Below, piece by piece: positions 31,659 to 42,263 of a stretch of DNA of 47,884 nucleotides; position 1 is the first letter of the stretch, and the number at the start of each line of letters is the position of its first letter. The stretch comes from Stramenopiles sp. TOSAG23-2 (taxonomy: Eukaryota), in contig LT649275.1 of NCBI GenBank assembly GCA_900128395.1, forward strand, positions 1 to 47,884. The letters run 5' to 3'. Below the pieces are notes generated by a model, which was given only the letters and a program-made list of their open reading frames with translations, did no database searches and had not been told where the DNA came from. Both the position numbers and the translations under genes were made by a program.

Positions 31659-32486
31659 ATGAAAAAAAAATTTGGAATGTATCATGTATTATTATTCATC
31701 TACTATGTAATATTATTATTATTACAATTCAATGTAAAAATAATAAATGCAATGAATAATAATGAAAAAAAATATATTATTGATAAAATACTTGATGTAT
31801 CGATACAACCAAAGAAAAAAGATTATATAAGTGATGGTGTAGTTTTTGATAATAGAAAGACGGCGTTTAAGTTTTCTGGTAAAATTGAAAGAAATGTCAG
31901 TGGTACTGGATACCATCGTAAAATGGGAACTGCAGTAAATGGTATAATAACTACAAGTAGTAAAACAAATGGTGATAATATTCTTGAAAATTGTAGATTT
32001 TTGTTTATTGAAGGTGTTTCAAAGTTGATATATTATGATTTAGATGAATTAAGAATGCATGAACCGTTTGGTGGGGTAATTCCACATGCTTTAATTCAAT
32101 CCATTGATGTTGAAAAACCAGCTGGTGTATCGAAAGAACATGTTATTGGAGTAGAAGTGCCAAATGAAAAATTACATTTACATTCTACATCTTTAAGTGA
32201 TAGCAATACATTTGATATATCGTTTGAAATTGACGTACCATTTCATTTACGTTATCAAGCAGCAAGTTGGAAAACAGAATTTAATGATGTTCCTATTTCA
32301 TATCCAATTGATACATATTTTACATGTAATAATAAAAATTGGAATGTAATTAATATGAAATCAAATGATGTTGCAACAACGATTAACGTACCAGTTGGTA
32401 ATATGTCCCATCAAAAATATGTTGGTGCTATTACTTTATTTATGGCAATGAGTGGTGCATTTTATGTTTTTTACAATATGAAATGA
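31659..32486 (+). CDS. PIGX: GPI mannosyltransferase I subunit PIG-X/PBN1
   Basis: Signal peptide, YYDLDEL, IDVEKPA, VPFHLRYQ, VPVGN and a C-terminal TM helix. Confidence 0.85.
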   Translation: MKKKFGMYHVLLFIYYVILLLLQFNVKIINAMNNNEKKYIIDKILDVSIQPKKKDYISDGVVFDNRKTAFKFSGKIERNVSGTGYHRKMGTAVNGIITTSSKTNGDNILENCRFLFIEGVSKLIYYDLDELRMHEPFGGVIPHALIQSIDVEKPAGVSKEHVIGVEVPNEKLHLHSTSLSDSNTFDISFEIDVPFHLRYQAASWKTEFNDVPISYPIDTYFTCNNKNWNVINMKSNDVATTINVPVGNMSHQKYVGAITLFMAMSGAFYVFYNMK

Positions 32487-33052
32487 TTGTTGTAGGAAAA
32501 AGAGGCGGACGTGATACGTATGATATTTAGGAGACACATATATCTTGTTGGGCTAGAGAGATTTATATAATTTCTCTCTCCAGATAATTAATAATATACG
32601 GTACATATATTAATGTACATTTTCACAAACTCTCTCTCACCACTGTTGTCCCACACAGTGCGCCCATCCCCCCCCCCATCATCAAATCAAACTCAGGGAC
32701 ACTCGTGTGTTAAATATCACAATCATCACATTACAAAGTCTTCATCTCTGTCTTTTTTTTTATCATCACCACCGTTGTTTGTCAAAATAATAATCTTTTA
32801 CCTAGTAGTGTAAATATTATTAAGTACGAATTTGTCCTATATATTACGTTTAAACAACTTTCTTCTCAAAAAAAGTTATTGATTAAGATATATAATTAGA
32901 ATAATACCATTTTGTGTGGGATACAAAGGTGCGGGGGTATAGATGTATACCTGCATCAACATTAACGGGATCAAAAGCAAGACGAAGAACAACGCAAATA
33001 TTTACGTATCTATATACATAAAAATTGAAAGTGGTATAATCTATCAATAAAA

Positions 33053-35011
33053 ATGAGTGCAAATTGTGAAAGAAAATATTTTTGTTATGGTGATGTTGGG
33101 GAATATGCATGTTGTTTGAGCCCAATCTTGTTATTACGCTTTGTAACTTATGACTTACCAAAATCATTACTATTATTTGCTTTTTGGTTGACACTATCCA
33201 GCATTTACGTTATTCCTGCTAATTTACTTATTGTGCTCGCATCGTTTGTGTATGATCTGTTTTATTTGCCTGTGGTAGTAATTCAAAGTGGCGCACCTGA
33301 TACAATGGCAAAAATTTGTATGTGTCTGGTTGTTCCAATTATACTTCCAGTGATATCTGTCATTTCAATTATTTATTTTATCTTTGTAATGATAACAAAT
33401 AGCTTAATGATTGCTGGAATGCAACATTTCGAGGCTCCATGTCGCATATGTACTGGTTTTGGTTTAGCATTTAATGGCACATTAAATGCATTTGATGGGG
33501 GTGCCATTAAATCCATTACAGACCAAGTCAAACATTTTTATGACCATCGCATGGACTTTACAACACAAGAAGAATTTCGACTTGATCCTGGTCCAATAAC
33601 AATACGTTTTCCAATATGTAATACATTGGTTGGAATTCCAATGGCTATCTTTGGAGGTACTGTTACGCTATTGGCTTATTGCATAAATGCAGCAATTATA
33701 CTGCCGATTTCCCTTGTTCTTTGTCTTCCTGGATATTTATTATTTCCATTGATAAACAAAGACTCATTACAAATGTGTTATTGTTGGTGGTTAATACTGC
33801 CTTTATATTATGTTTTTTTTATTCTTGTTTTGACATGTGGGTTAACTTTCGCTGCGCTTATGCCTTTAATTTCTTTCCTTGGCGGTATTTTTGTAGTCGG
33901 GAGACTCATACCATTAAATGGCCTGTTATTTACAGATCAACCATGGTTATGGATTTGGTTTGTTTGTGTGCAGATGCATTATGCAATGCTATCTTTGAGT
34001 TTAGACTATATGTCGCTACCATATAAGCATTCTTTGTGCGGGCTGGACGATTGCTGTCAGGATGAATACCATCCCATCCTAAACAGATTAGAAGAATATC
34101 TACGTAATCTTAAATTCAAACTAGACGCAGGGCTAGACGATCATCCCACGGGCCGGTTTGCAGATGACGTGGCTGTAAATGGTCCTGATATTAATCCTAT
34201 GGCAATTAATAATAATAATCAAGATATTGAATTAGGCCGTCAAAACAGTGATGAGGAAATTAAAGTTCAATATTTTAGTGGCATATTTAAAACTATACCA
34301 TCTTCAAAGTACCATGCACAGGCACGTTTGAATTTATCAGTAGTTTGGAATTCCTTTTTCAATCAATGTTACACACAAGGAATTCATGCAATCAATTCTA
34401 ATTATGTAAAACTATCTGAATTTCAAGATAATGAGCCCTATTTATTTATTGGGTTACCAGGACTTGTTATATATGTCTGCGCATATCGTTCTGCAACTGA
34501 AGTGGAGACACCTGGATTAGTCTTGACTAGTGGTGTTGAAATAACAGATGAGAACAGGCCTGGCGGTCCAATTGGAGATAGATTTTGGAAACCAGCTATT
34601 GATTTAAAAAACTTGATTAAAAAATCAAATGTAACAGCAGCAGAAAATTCGTTTATACAATATTCTATTTTAAAACAAGATGTGAGTGAAGAAAAAGCAA
34701 AAGAGCTTTTATCTGAATACGGTGAGGAGCGAAAAAAATTGTTAAATGAAATTATAGCAAAGGTAAATTCGATGGCTATAAATGTTAGTCGTTTAGCAAG
34801 ATATACCAGACGTTTCCGAATTGTAATGCAACGTTTGGGAAATCATAATAATGTCGGCTTGGTGCTTGATGGTAATGCAACAAATGGTAACAGTATGGAT
34901 GGTAACACATTAGCTGCTGGGATACGGCGTATGTCAATGGAACGAGATGATTCAAATAACAATAATAACAACACAACAGATGATGAGGAAATAGAAATTA
35001 CATCAGTTTAG
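33053..35011 (+). CDS. Multi-pass membrane protein, At3g27390-like family
   Basis: Hydrophobic N-terminal half. The C-terminal VWNSFF..C...G, IGLPG, GVEITDENRP and SRLARYTRRF match my recollection of that family. Confidence 0.75.
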   Translation: MSANCERKYFCYGDVGEYACCLSPILLLRFVTYDLPKSLLLFAFWLTLSSIYVIPANLLIVLASFVYDLFYLPVVVIQSGAPDTMAKICMCLVVPIILPVISVISIIYFIFVMITNSLMIAGMQHFEAPCRICTGFGLAFNGTLNAFDGGAIKSITDQVKHFYDHRMDFTTQEEFRLDPGPITIRFPICNTLVGIPMAIFGGTVTLLAYCINAAIILPISLVLCLPGYLLFPLINKDSLQMCYCWWLILPLYYVFFILVLTCGLTFAALMPLISFLGGIFVVGRLIPLNGLLFTDQPWLWIWFVCVQMHYAMLSLSLDYMSLPYKHSLCGLDDCCQDEYHPILNRLEEYLRNLKFKLDAGLDDHPTGRFADDVAVNGPDINPMAINNNNQDIELGRQNSDEEIKVQYFSGIFKTIPSSKYHAQARLNLSVVWNSFFNQCYTQGIHAINSNYVKLSEFQDNEPYLFIGLPGLVIYVCAYRSATEVETPGLVLTSGVEITDENRPGGPIGDRFWKPAIDLKNLIKKSNVTAAENSFIQYSILKQDVSEEKAKELLSEYGEERKKLLNEIIAKVNSMAINVSRLARYTRRFRIVMQRLGNHNNVGLVLDGNATNGNSMDGNTLAAGIRRMSMERDDSNNNNNNTTDDEEIEITSV

Positions 35012-35250
35012 TTGTGTTAAGTCCAAACACACACATATTTTATAAAATTTTTTTCTCAAAATACAAATATGTGAGTAATTAATACGATCTTGGTTTAAAA
35101 TTAAAAGCGTGTGATCACATGTGGAAAAATATGTACGCGAACGTACGTAAAATCAAAAAGAGTCTATTTTTTACATCTCTCATATACATTAAATATACAT
35201 AAATAACATATTCGTAACACAATAAATATTATTTTTATATTTCTCTCCCT

Positions 35251-38200
35251 CTATTCATCATCATTAAATTCCCCTGCCATCGCTTTCTCAAATAATAATT
35301 TTCCTTCGGAACCTAATTGACTTGCCATATTTCTACTATCACCACCACACACTTTTTCAAACTCACTTAACCATTTTTTTTGATTTTCTAAACTATTAGA
35401 TGCTAGATATAAGGGCTTCTCGTTTTTAACAAGAATTTCAATACCATATTGGCGCAAACCAGATGGATGTGCTGTACACTTCATCAAATCAATAATAGTC
35501 GATGCGTTGCCAGAAAGACCACTTTTATGTGCTTTCTCATACATTTCTTTACTATCGAATACATATAATTTTCTCAATGTCCGATTTAAAGAAACAAATC
35601 TTTTCCGCCAATTTTTCCCGGATTTACGTGCACGTTTAAACAAATATCCAGTACATTCATCATGAAACAATACATTAAATGCGACTAAGAGTTGATTATA
35701 AATCACTGAATTATCCGCTGCGACAATCAATGGTGGAGTTTTATCATCTCCACAATTTACTTCTATGCAATATTCCCTTAATCTTTTTAAAATGCGTATT
35801 GATGCAAGTGATATTGTCATTTCCAATGAACCCTTTGGTTTCTTTTCCTTAAGTTCATCCTTCTCCGTTTTCCACCATGAAACTATCGCTTTTCCATCTT
35901 TAATACCATTAAAAACGATCCAACGCTTTTGCCACGATGACATAGAACGAGCACGTGGCTTCTTCATAAAGTAGCCCTTGATAGTTGGATGCAATTTAAA
36001 TCGCAAAGCATCGATCCTACCTTCGTCGCCCAATGTTTTTGCAGCTTCAAATTGCAATTTTAAAAATTCACGATACTCCCCATTTAATAAATCTTTAAAA
36101 TAATGGATATCTTCCGAGTCAAAATTTGTTTCTACCGCCTCTTCAACGATTTCACGGACGTTTTGCTCCTCTAATGTCACTCGAAGTTCTTTTGCCCTAG
36201 CATTTAAATCAGTAATTTTTTCATAAAGATGTAGGCATACATTATATAGCTGACCCCGAAGTGGTGTTCCATGAAAGTTTGATTCATTACAAAAATCAAT
36301 TAATGACTTCAATTCTTCACAATCTCCCCATAGTGGCTTCGATGCAAAGTTGTCCAATTTCGACATAGAATCATGTAGCAATTCATATAAATCATAAAAG
36401 TCAGCATATGAATCTACGAAAGTAATATAATCTTGCCCCTCCATCTCTTCCAACAATGCATTCATTACGTGTAAATCGTAATATGGTCCACTATTGAATA
36501 CATTCTCAAACTCATCTATAAAAACATTTGCATATTCGAATTTTTCGTGTACTTCGATATAATCTTCATTTACGAAATTTGAATTTAAATATATAGGCTG
36601 ATCACATTTTTCTAACGTACTTTGAATGAAATTAAAATCAAAAGAATTTCCATCCGCATTGTTTAACATATCCTTACATCTTGATAAGTCGCCAATAATT
36701 GCTTTTAATGAACCGTGTAATTCATACAACTTTCTAACTTGTTCTAAATTATTTACTTCTACTCTGTCAATGCTTGTTATCAACTTGTGACAACTAGCAA
36801 TTGTTGCAAAATTAAAATTCGGTTTAGAAGCAGATAATTCCTGAAACACCGCTGTTACTTTCTCTAAACACTCTAAATTTTCTCGACACTCAAGATACAA
36901 GTCATTATTAACATAGTTAATATCAGAAGCCATGTTCAAAGCCCTTGTTAAATACTCGCTATTCATTTCTTTTTTTGCCATATTCATCGCTGCAATTGAA
37001 TCATCAATTTTTTCCAATAATGATGTGCATTCACGTACTAATTTTGTGATATAACCTTCACTTTTACAGACGTCTAACACTTTCTCTAGCAACGAGCGAT
37101 CAGCAGAATTTTTTGCTTGCTTTAAATCCCTCAACGTTTTAGCATCCATTCTTGCTTCAACAAATTCCTCTAAACGTTTTCTAGCAATGTCACTTTCTTT
37201 CGTCTTCACACGGAAAGAATCAGCTTCTCTAACAGCATTTGCCAATTGATCTAAATAAATTTCTTTCTCACCTTCAGACATTTCATCTGTATTAACAAAT
37301 GCAAGGCGCTTTACTTCTTTAGATACTTTTTCAGTCCTCGTAACAATACTCCAATCAAGCTCCATTGATCTATATTCCTCCGCTCGGTACAATACTTTAG
37401 TCTTTCCTAATATAATATTTTTTTTATTTAATTTGAGATAATTTATAATTTTTTCACATGTAACTTTTAAATCACCACTAATTCCCGTAGTAATGCCTTT
37501 GCTTGATAAAATCTTTCCATAGCGATCAACAAATGCTTGATGACTAAGTCGAAATGGGTAGCCTAATTTTCGAATCTTAACTGCTTCTAACACACCGCTG
37601 TAAGTTAATTGTTGCTGAACATTCACCGGGTGAAAATTTAATGGTTTTTTCAATTCATTAGGCTTGATACATCGTATGTAATGCGTACTAGTACGGCTTA
37701 GCTCAGCAATCAAAGAAATCAATTGATTTCGAAATTCTTTCCCTAACGATGTTTTGTTATCACTTCCAGATGTTGTTGGTGGATATAAAATATTAACAAA
37801 ATAATTCTTTGATTGATTTGCAAGTACGCTTTTAAGATCGATACTCAACGTATCTCGATTTTTCTCCAAAAATCCATTACAATCATATTCGACTTTGCCA
37901 GCATAATGTTTCAAGCCAAAATGTAAATTGCTTTTACGTCCATTTCCTAAATATTTTGATTTTTGGTTATTTCTCTTCATTTTGTTGATAAAACCTTTAT
38001 CGTTTCCATTTGGAACTTTCAATTCTTCGTCTAATAATGGTAATATGCCAGTTCGTTTTTTCATTATTAAATCAATAATTGGTTGATTATCAATAAAATC
38101 AATATTTTCCCATTTAATACATTCCTCTTTGTATAATATTTGTTCGATTTTAAACGTATTTGTATTAAATTGCTGTTGTAACATTTCATTGGTAAAATTA

Positions 38201-39741
38201 ATACAAAGCTGTTCAAAACTATTTTCTTCAAATATTTCAAAACCGAAAATATCTAAGATGCCGATAAATTTCTTTTTCTCGAAAGTATTTCTACTTTGAC
38301 CGGCAGAAGAGGCATTATTATTATTATTATTATTGCCTGTCATGCTTTGATTTATTTTTTGAACAATCCAATTAAACATTTCGCCATATAAAAATTTACA
38401 CAACGCATCCCTAGAAGCTGATGCTTGCGCTGGTGATAAAGATGTATACGTATCTGCTTGTCCGCGTATTTTTAACAATTTGGTCGTAAATGCTTGGCTC
38501 ACATTTGCCATATTATCAATATTCATAAGCTCACATGCAATTTTTAAATATTTTTGGGTATTTGCAGAAACTTTTGATGCTGATGTACCAGATTCTTCAA
38601 ATTTGATATTTCCAAATGCAAGAATTGCGGATACGCATGAGTATATTCCATCACGTTCCTTGTTTGAAAACTGTAAATCATTCAATGCTTTTTCCATATC
38701 TTGAAAATCTTTCACGTCGTTAATCCCTTTTACTGCTGTACATGTTTTTAAATATTCATATTTGGCAGGATCATTTTCTAAAAATAATTTCTTTCGCACA
38801 TTATCAGGCAATGCAACGCATAGTTGATAAAATATATGAAAATTGCGTTCTGCTTCGTTTGGTTGAACTACTCTTACTTTTTCTAATAAATAATTTTTGA
38901 TCTCGCAATTTGATATGACATTGTGATCATCAAAAAATATTTCAATAAATTTTCCAAAGCGACTGGAATTGTTGTTTCGAACAGTTTTTGCATTACCAAA
39001 TGCTTCTAAAATTGGATTTGCACTTAAAATTTTCTTTTCAACTTTAGATTTACTACCAGCATTTGCAGCTAAAAAGTTCAAACATTGCTTCGTTGCTTCT
39101 GTCTTACCAGCACCACTTTCACCACTGATGACAATCGATTGATTTTCATGAAATGATTTTAAACCATACAAAGATGCATATGCAATATCAAATACGTGTG
39201 GTGGCAGTATTGAAGTCGTATCCGTCGATCTTTCAAAATATCTTCTAATATTATCAGTACCGTATAAATTTAAGTTGGTGTATGGATTAATTGAAATTAA
39301 AATATTACCAACATTTGTGTATATTTCTGATTTCTCAACAAAACGTTTTTTCAAATTGTTTAATATCAATGGTAGTGACATTTCATCTAATAATGTCAAG
39401 TCATCTACGGTCCGGTTCAACAACGCTTTTCGTAATAATGGTGTAGTTTCAGAATTCTTTACTTTTTGTTCTTCCGTGCCATTTTCGACTAACACAGTTG
39501 ATTTTATTTTACCTTGCTTAATTAATTTTGCTGGTAAAAATGCTTCATCTTTATCTTGAATCCATACCCATTTAGATTTCGAATTTTTTAATTCGGCATC
39601 TGTCATCAATTCTTCTGGCTTATCAAAGGTTTTTTCTAACGTTTCCGTATTAAAATAATACTCGACTCCATCTTCCGTCACGTTTGCTTGCCATATTGTC
39701 GTTTTCTTATTTTGTGCAACCAGCCACCATTTTGTAGCCAT
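35251..39741 (-). CDS. Unconventional myosin: WW, SH3-like, motor, helical tail, two PH domains
   Basis: GESGAGKT, LEAFGNAKT, NSSRFGK, LDIFGFE, YIRCIKPN. N-terminal W...DG..YYFN..T...DKP. PH motifs KGYFMKK..WQKRW and GYLFKR..NWRKRF..KKW. Confidence 0.95.
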   Translation of the reverse strand: MATKWWLVAQNKKTTIWQANVTEDGVEYYFNTETLEKTFDKPEELMTDAELKNSKSKWVWIQDKDEAFLPAKLIKQGKIKSTVLVENGTEEQKVKNSETTPLLRKALLNRTVDDLTLLDEMSLPLILNNLKKRFVEKSEIYTNVGNILISINPYTNLNLYGTDNIRRYFERSTDTTSILPPHVFDIAYASLYGLKSFHENQSIVISGESGAGKTEATKQCLNFLAANAGSKSKVEKKILSANPILEAFGNAKTVRNNNSSRFGKFIEIFFDDHNVISNCEIKNYLLEKVRVVQPNEAERNFHIFYQLCVALPDNVRKKLFLENDPAKYEYLKTCTAVKGINDVKDFQDMEKALNDLQFSNKERDGIYSCVSAILAFGNIKFEESGTSASKVSANTQKYLKIACELMNIDNMANVSQAFTTKLLKIRGQADTYTSLSPAQASASRDALCKFLYGEMFNWIVQKINQSMTGNNNNNNNASSAGQSRNTFEKKKFIGILDIFGFEIFEENSFEQLCINFTNEMLQQQFNTNTFKIEQILYKEECIKWENIDFIDNQPIIDLIMKKRTGILPLLDEELKVPNGNDKGFINKMKRNNQKSKYLGNGRKSNLHFGLKHYAGKVEYDCNGFLEKNRDTLSIDLKSVLANQSKNYFVNILYPPTTSGSDNKTSLGKEFRNQLISLIAELSRTSTHYIRCIKPNELKKPLNFHPVNVQQQLTYSGVLEAVKIRKLGYPFRLSHQAFVDRYGKILSSKGITTGISGDLKVTCEKIINYLKLNKKNIILGKTKVLYRAEEYRSMELDWSIVTRTEKVSKEVKRLAFVNTDEMSEGEKEIYLDQLANAVREADSFRVKTKESDIARKRLEEFVEARMDAKTLRDLKQAKNSADRSLLEKVLDVCKSEGYITKLVRECTSLLEKIDDSIAAMNMAKKEMNSEYLTRALNMASDINYVNNDLYLECRENLECLEKVTAVFQELSASKPNFNFATIASCHKLITSIDRVEVNNLEQVRKLYELHGSLKAIIGDLSRCKDMLNNADGNSFDFNFIQSTLEKCDQPIYLNSNFVNEDYIEVHEKFEYANVFIDEFENVFNSGPYYDLHVMNALLEEMEGQDYITFVDSYADFYDLYELLHDSMSKLDNFASKPLWGDCEELKSLIDFCNESNFHGTPLRGQLYNVCLHLYEKITDLNARAKELRVTLEEQNVREIVEEAVETNFDSEDIHYFKDLLNGEYREFLKLQFEAAKTLGDEGRIDALRFKLHPTIKGYFMKKPRARSMSSWQKRWIVFNGIKDGKAIVSWWKTEKDELKEKKPKGSLEMTISLASIRILKRLREYCIEVNCGDDKTPPLIVAADNSVIYNQLLVAFNVLFHDECTGYLFKRARKSGKNWRKRFVSLNRTLRKLYVFDSKEMYEKAHKSGLSGNASTIIDLMKCTAHPSGLRQYGIEILVKNEKPLYLASNSLENQKKWLSEFEKVCGGDSRNMASQLGSEGKLLFEKAMAGEFNDDE

Positions 39742-40677
39742 TTTATTTTATATTATTTTATAAAATGTATAATAATATGATGAAGAAGAAAAAAAAAAGT
39801 GATTATGATACAAAAAATACAAATGATAAATAAATATAACAATACTAAATACAAAATAATGTTTTAATATTATGTTTTTTCGTTTATCTTATCGATTCTT
39901 TTTGTGTTGTATTTCTCTACATGTATTGGATAGCTCACCACATTGCCCCAAATATAAGTGAAATTAGTACGCCTCGTATATCGTATATCTATAAAATAAA
40001 AAGATTTGTGTATTATAATATCCAAGTGTGACGAGGCAGGGGTCATTTACCAGCTAGATAGCATTGCCAGGAAAATGCAAATCTTTTTCGCAACATAACA
40101 ATAATCAGATCTACTGTAGTGTTGCTAGTATAATAGTCGTCTCACACACATCACACGCTAAAAAATTAAAAAGGCCTTTTTTCAGGCAGATTCGCTGTAC
40201 TTAATTGAATTATTAATAATGAACGATATTGGAATAGCAGCTACTTATTTATATACTTAGACTATTGGTTTTGATAGCGTCAGCATGAAGACAATTTACA
40301 AAAACGAAGGATTTTTACTATTTTTTTTCCAGATTTTTTTTACATTTTTTACATTTTATAGCAACATAGGCACTTGCAAACTTCTTAGACTAATAATTGC
40401 ATTTTTACTACTACTTTTTTATTATTATTATTACATTTTTTTACTACTTACTACATTTTAATCTATAATATATTATTTTTTGTTGAATAATAATAATAGA
40501 TGGAGAATGTGTGAAGAAAAGATAGCTATATGTATATATATGTATAGATATTTTGTTGTTGAATCACTTTTGTCTGTGGAAGTATCTTTATTGGTCGCTT
40601 CGATATAGTATATTGAGAAACAAACAAAAACAATTTAGAAAGTGATATAGTATCATCTTTTTTTTTTTTTTGGAATT

Positions 40678-41397
40678 ATGAAATTAAAATCAAATACAAT
40701 AGGAAAAATTAAATTAACAAATGAACAAATCACATTATTAAGTACAAAAGTGTTATTGAACAAAATTGATATGGCATTATTGGAACGGTTTGTATATTCA
40801 ATATTGGAACAAGAATTTAATATTCATGATGAATTTATTGTTGAGTACGTATGGCAAATTATTACAGTGGCAGGGGGGAAAGATTCTGCTCTTACACCAT
40901 TGAACCCTATCGAACTTGCAAATGGATTGAGTGGATTTACATCTGATACAATAGGTGTTAATTTTATTGTGAAATTATGGAAATATTTGATTTTCCCACC
41001 AAAAAAAACAACAAATATTCTTCCACAATCAATAAACAACAAGGTGATCAAAAATAATAGTAATCAAAATCATAAAAAGAGACGATTTAATGATAGTTAT
41101 GATAATAATAAGATCAATAGCATGAATAATAATCATGGGAAAAAAATGAAAAAACGGTCTCGTTGGCGTAGTCGAAGTCCAAGTCCATCATCAACAAAAG
41201 TAAATATAAATGATAAAAAAAGTATTCAAAAACGCTTGAATCAAGTTGTTCAAAAAATCAATCAAAGTGGACAACATAGTAGTAACAATAATAATAATAA
41301 TAATAACAACAACAACAATAGTTTTGATTACAGTGATGTAAATAATAATCGAATGAATAAAAAAATGCCAACAAACTCAACAAATAGTACAAGTTAC

Positions 41398-41430
<33 letters not shown>

Positions 41431-41847
41431 GAGATGAAGAATAAAGAGGAAAGTAGTAGCAGTGAAGATGAACCAACACCATATATGTTAGATGATATAA
41501 ATGATAATGAACTTCGTAGTAAAACACCACCACCGCCATCACTACAAGAGGTAGAAGATTTAAAAGATGAAAAGGTTCTAATAGAAGAAGAAATAGATCC
41601 GATGTTAGAGATGTTAAAAAAGAAAAGCGAGGAGGGGAAGAAAAAGAAAAAGAAAAAGAAAGAGAAGAAAGAAAAGAAGAAGAAAAAGACGAAGAAGAAG
41701 AAGAAGAAGACAAAGAAAGAAAGGAACAACAAAGAGGAAGGAAAATCAAATATTGCAGTTGAAAATACAGATGCATATAAAAAAGCAATGGAATCTTTGA
41801 ATAGTGTGCGTACTATTGTAGCAAATGGTAATGGTCGTAGTAACTGA
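40678..41847 (+). CDS. PWI-domain protein (SRRM1/RBM25-like module)
   Basis: IDMALLERFV...DEFIVEYV...LSGF....FIVKLWKYL, an RSRSPSP segment and a Lys-rich tail. Confidence 0.8.
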
Positions 41848-42043
41848 GATGAAATTGACGGCTCTGTGTGTAAAACATTACTATTAATATATGTTATGAT
41901 ATGTATGATACATACTACTTCGTAATGCATAGTAATGGTAATGGTCGTAGTAACTGAGATGAAATTGACGGCTCTGTGTGTAAAACATTACTATTAATAT
42001 ATGTTATGATATGTATGATACATACTACTTCGTAATGCATAGT
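41824..42043. repeat. Exact 110-bp tandem duplication over the PWI gene stop and 3' UTR
   Basis: 41824-41933 = 41934-42043. Confidence 0.95.
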
Positions 42044-42263
42044 ACTATTATATAAAAAATTCTCTTTTTTATTATACACACATATATATATATAATACGA
42101 GTAATATATGATGTATCAAATATGATACGATGAATCGTATCATCTTTTAATCTTTCCATCAAATAAAAAAATAAAAAATAATACGAATCGTATAAAAAAT
42201 ATTATGTAAACGACTTCGTATATAGCACTAAAATCCTTCTCCATTGACACTTTGGTATCGCTC

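Noticed and set aside
41824..42043. 110-bp duplication as a functional element
   Set aside because: An exact copy that leaves the protein unchanged. Its length is twice 55, so an assembly artefact or neutral duplication is likely.
42122..42143. Hairpin ATGATACGA-TGAA-TCGTATCAT between convergent genes as a terminator
   Set aside because: A short AT-rich stem, not seen consistently at other 3' ends.
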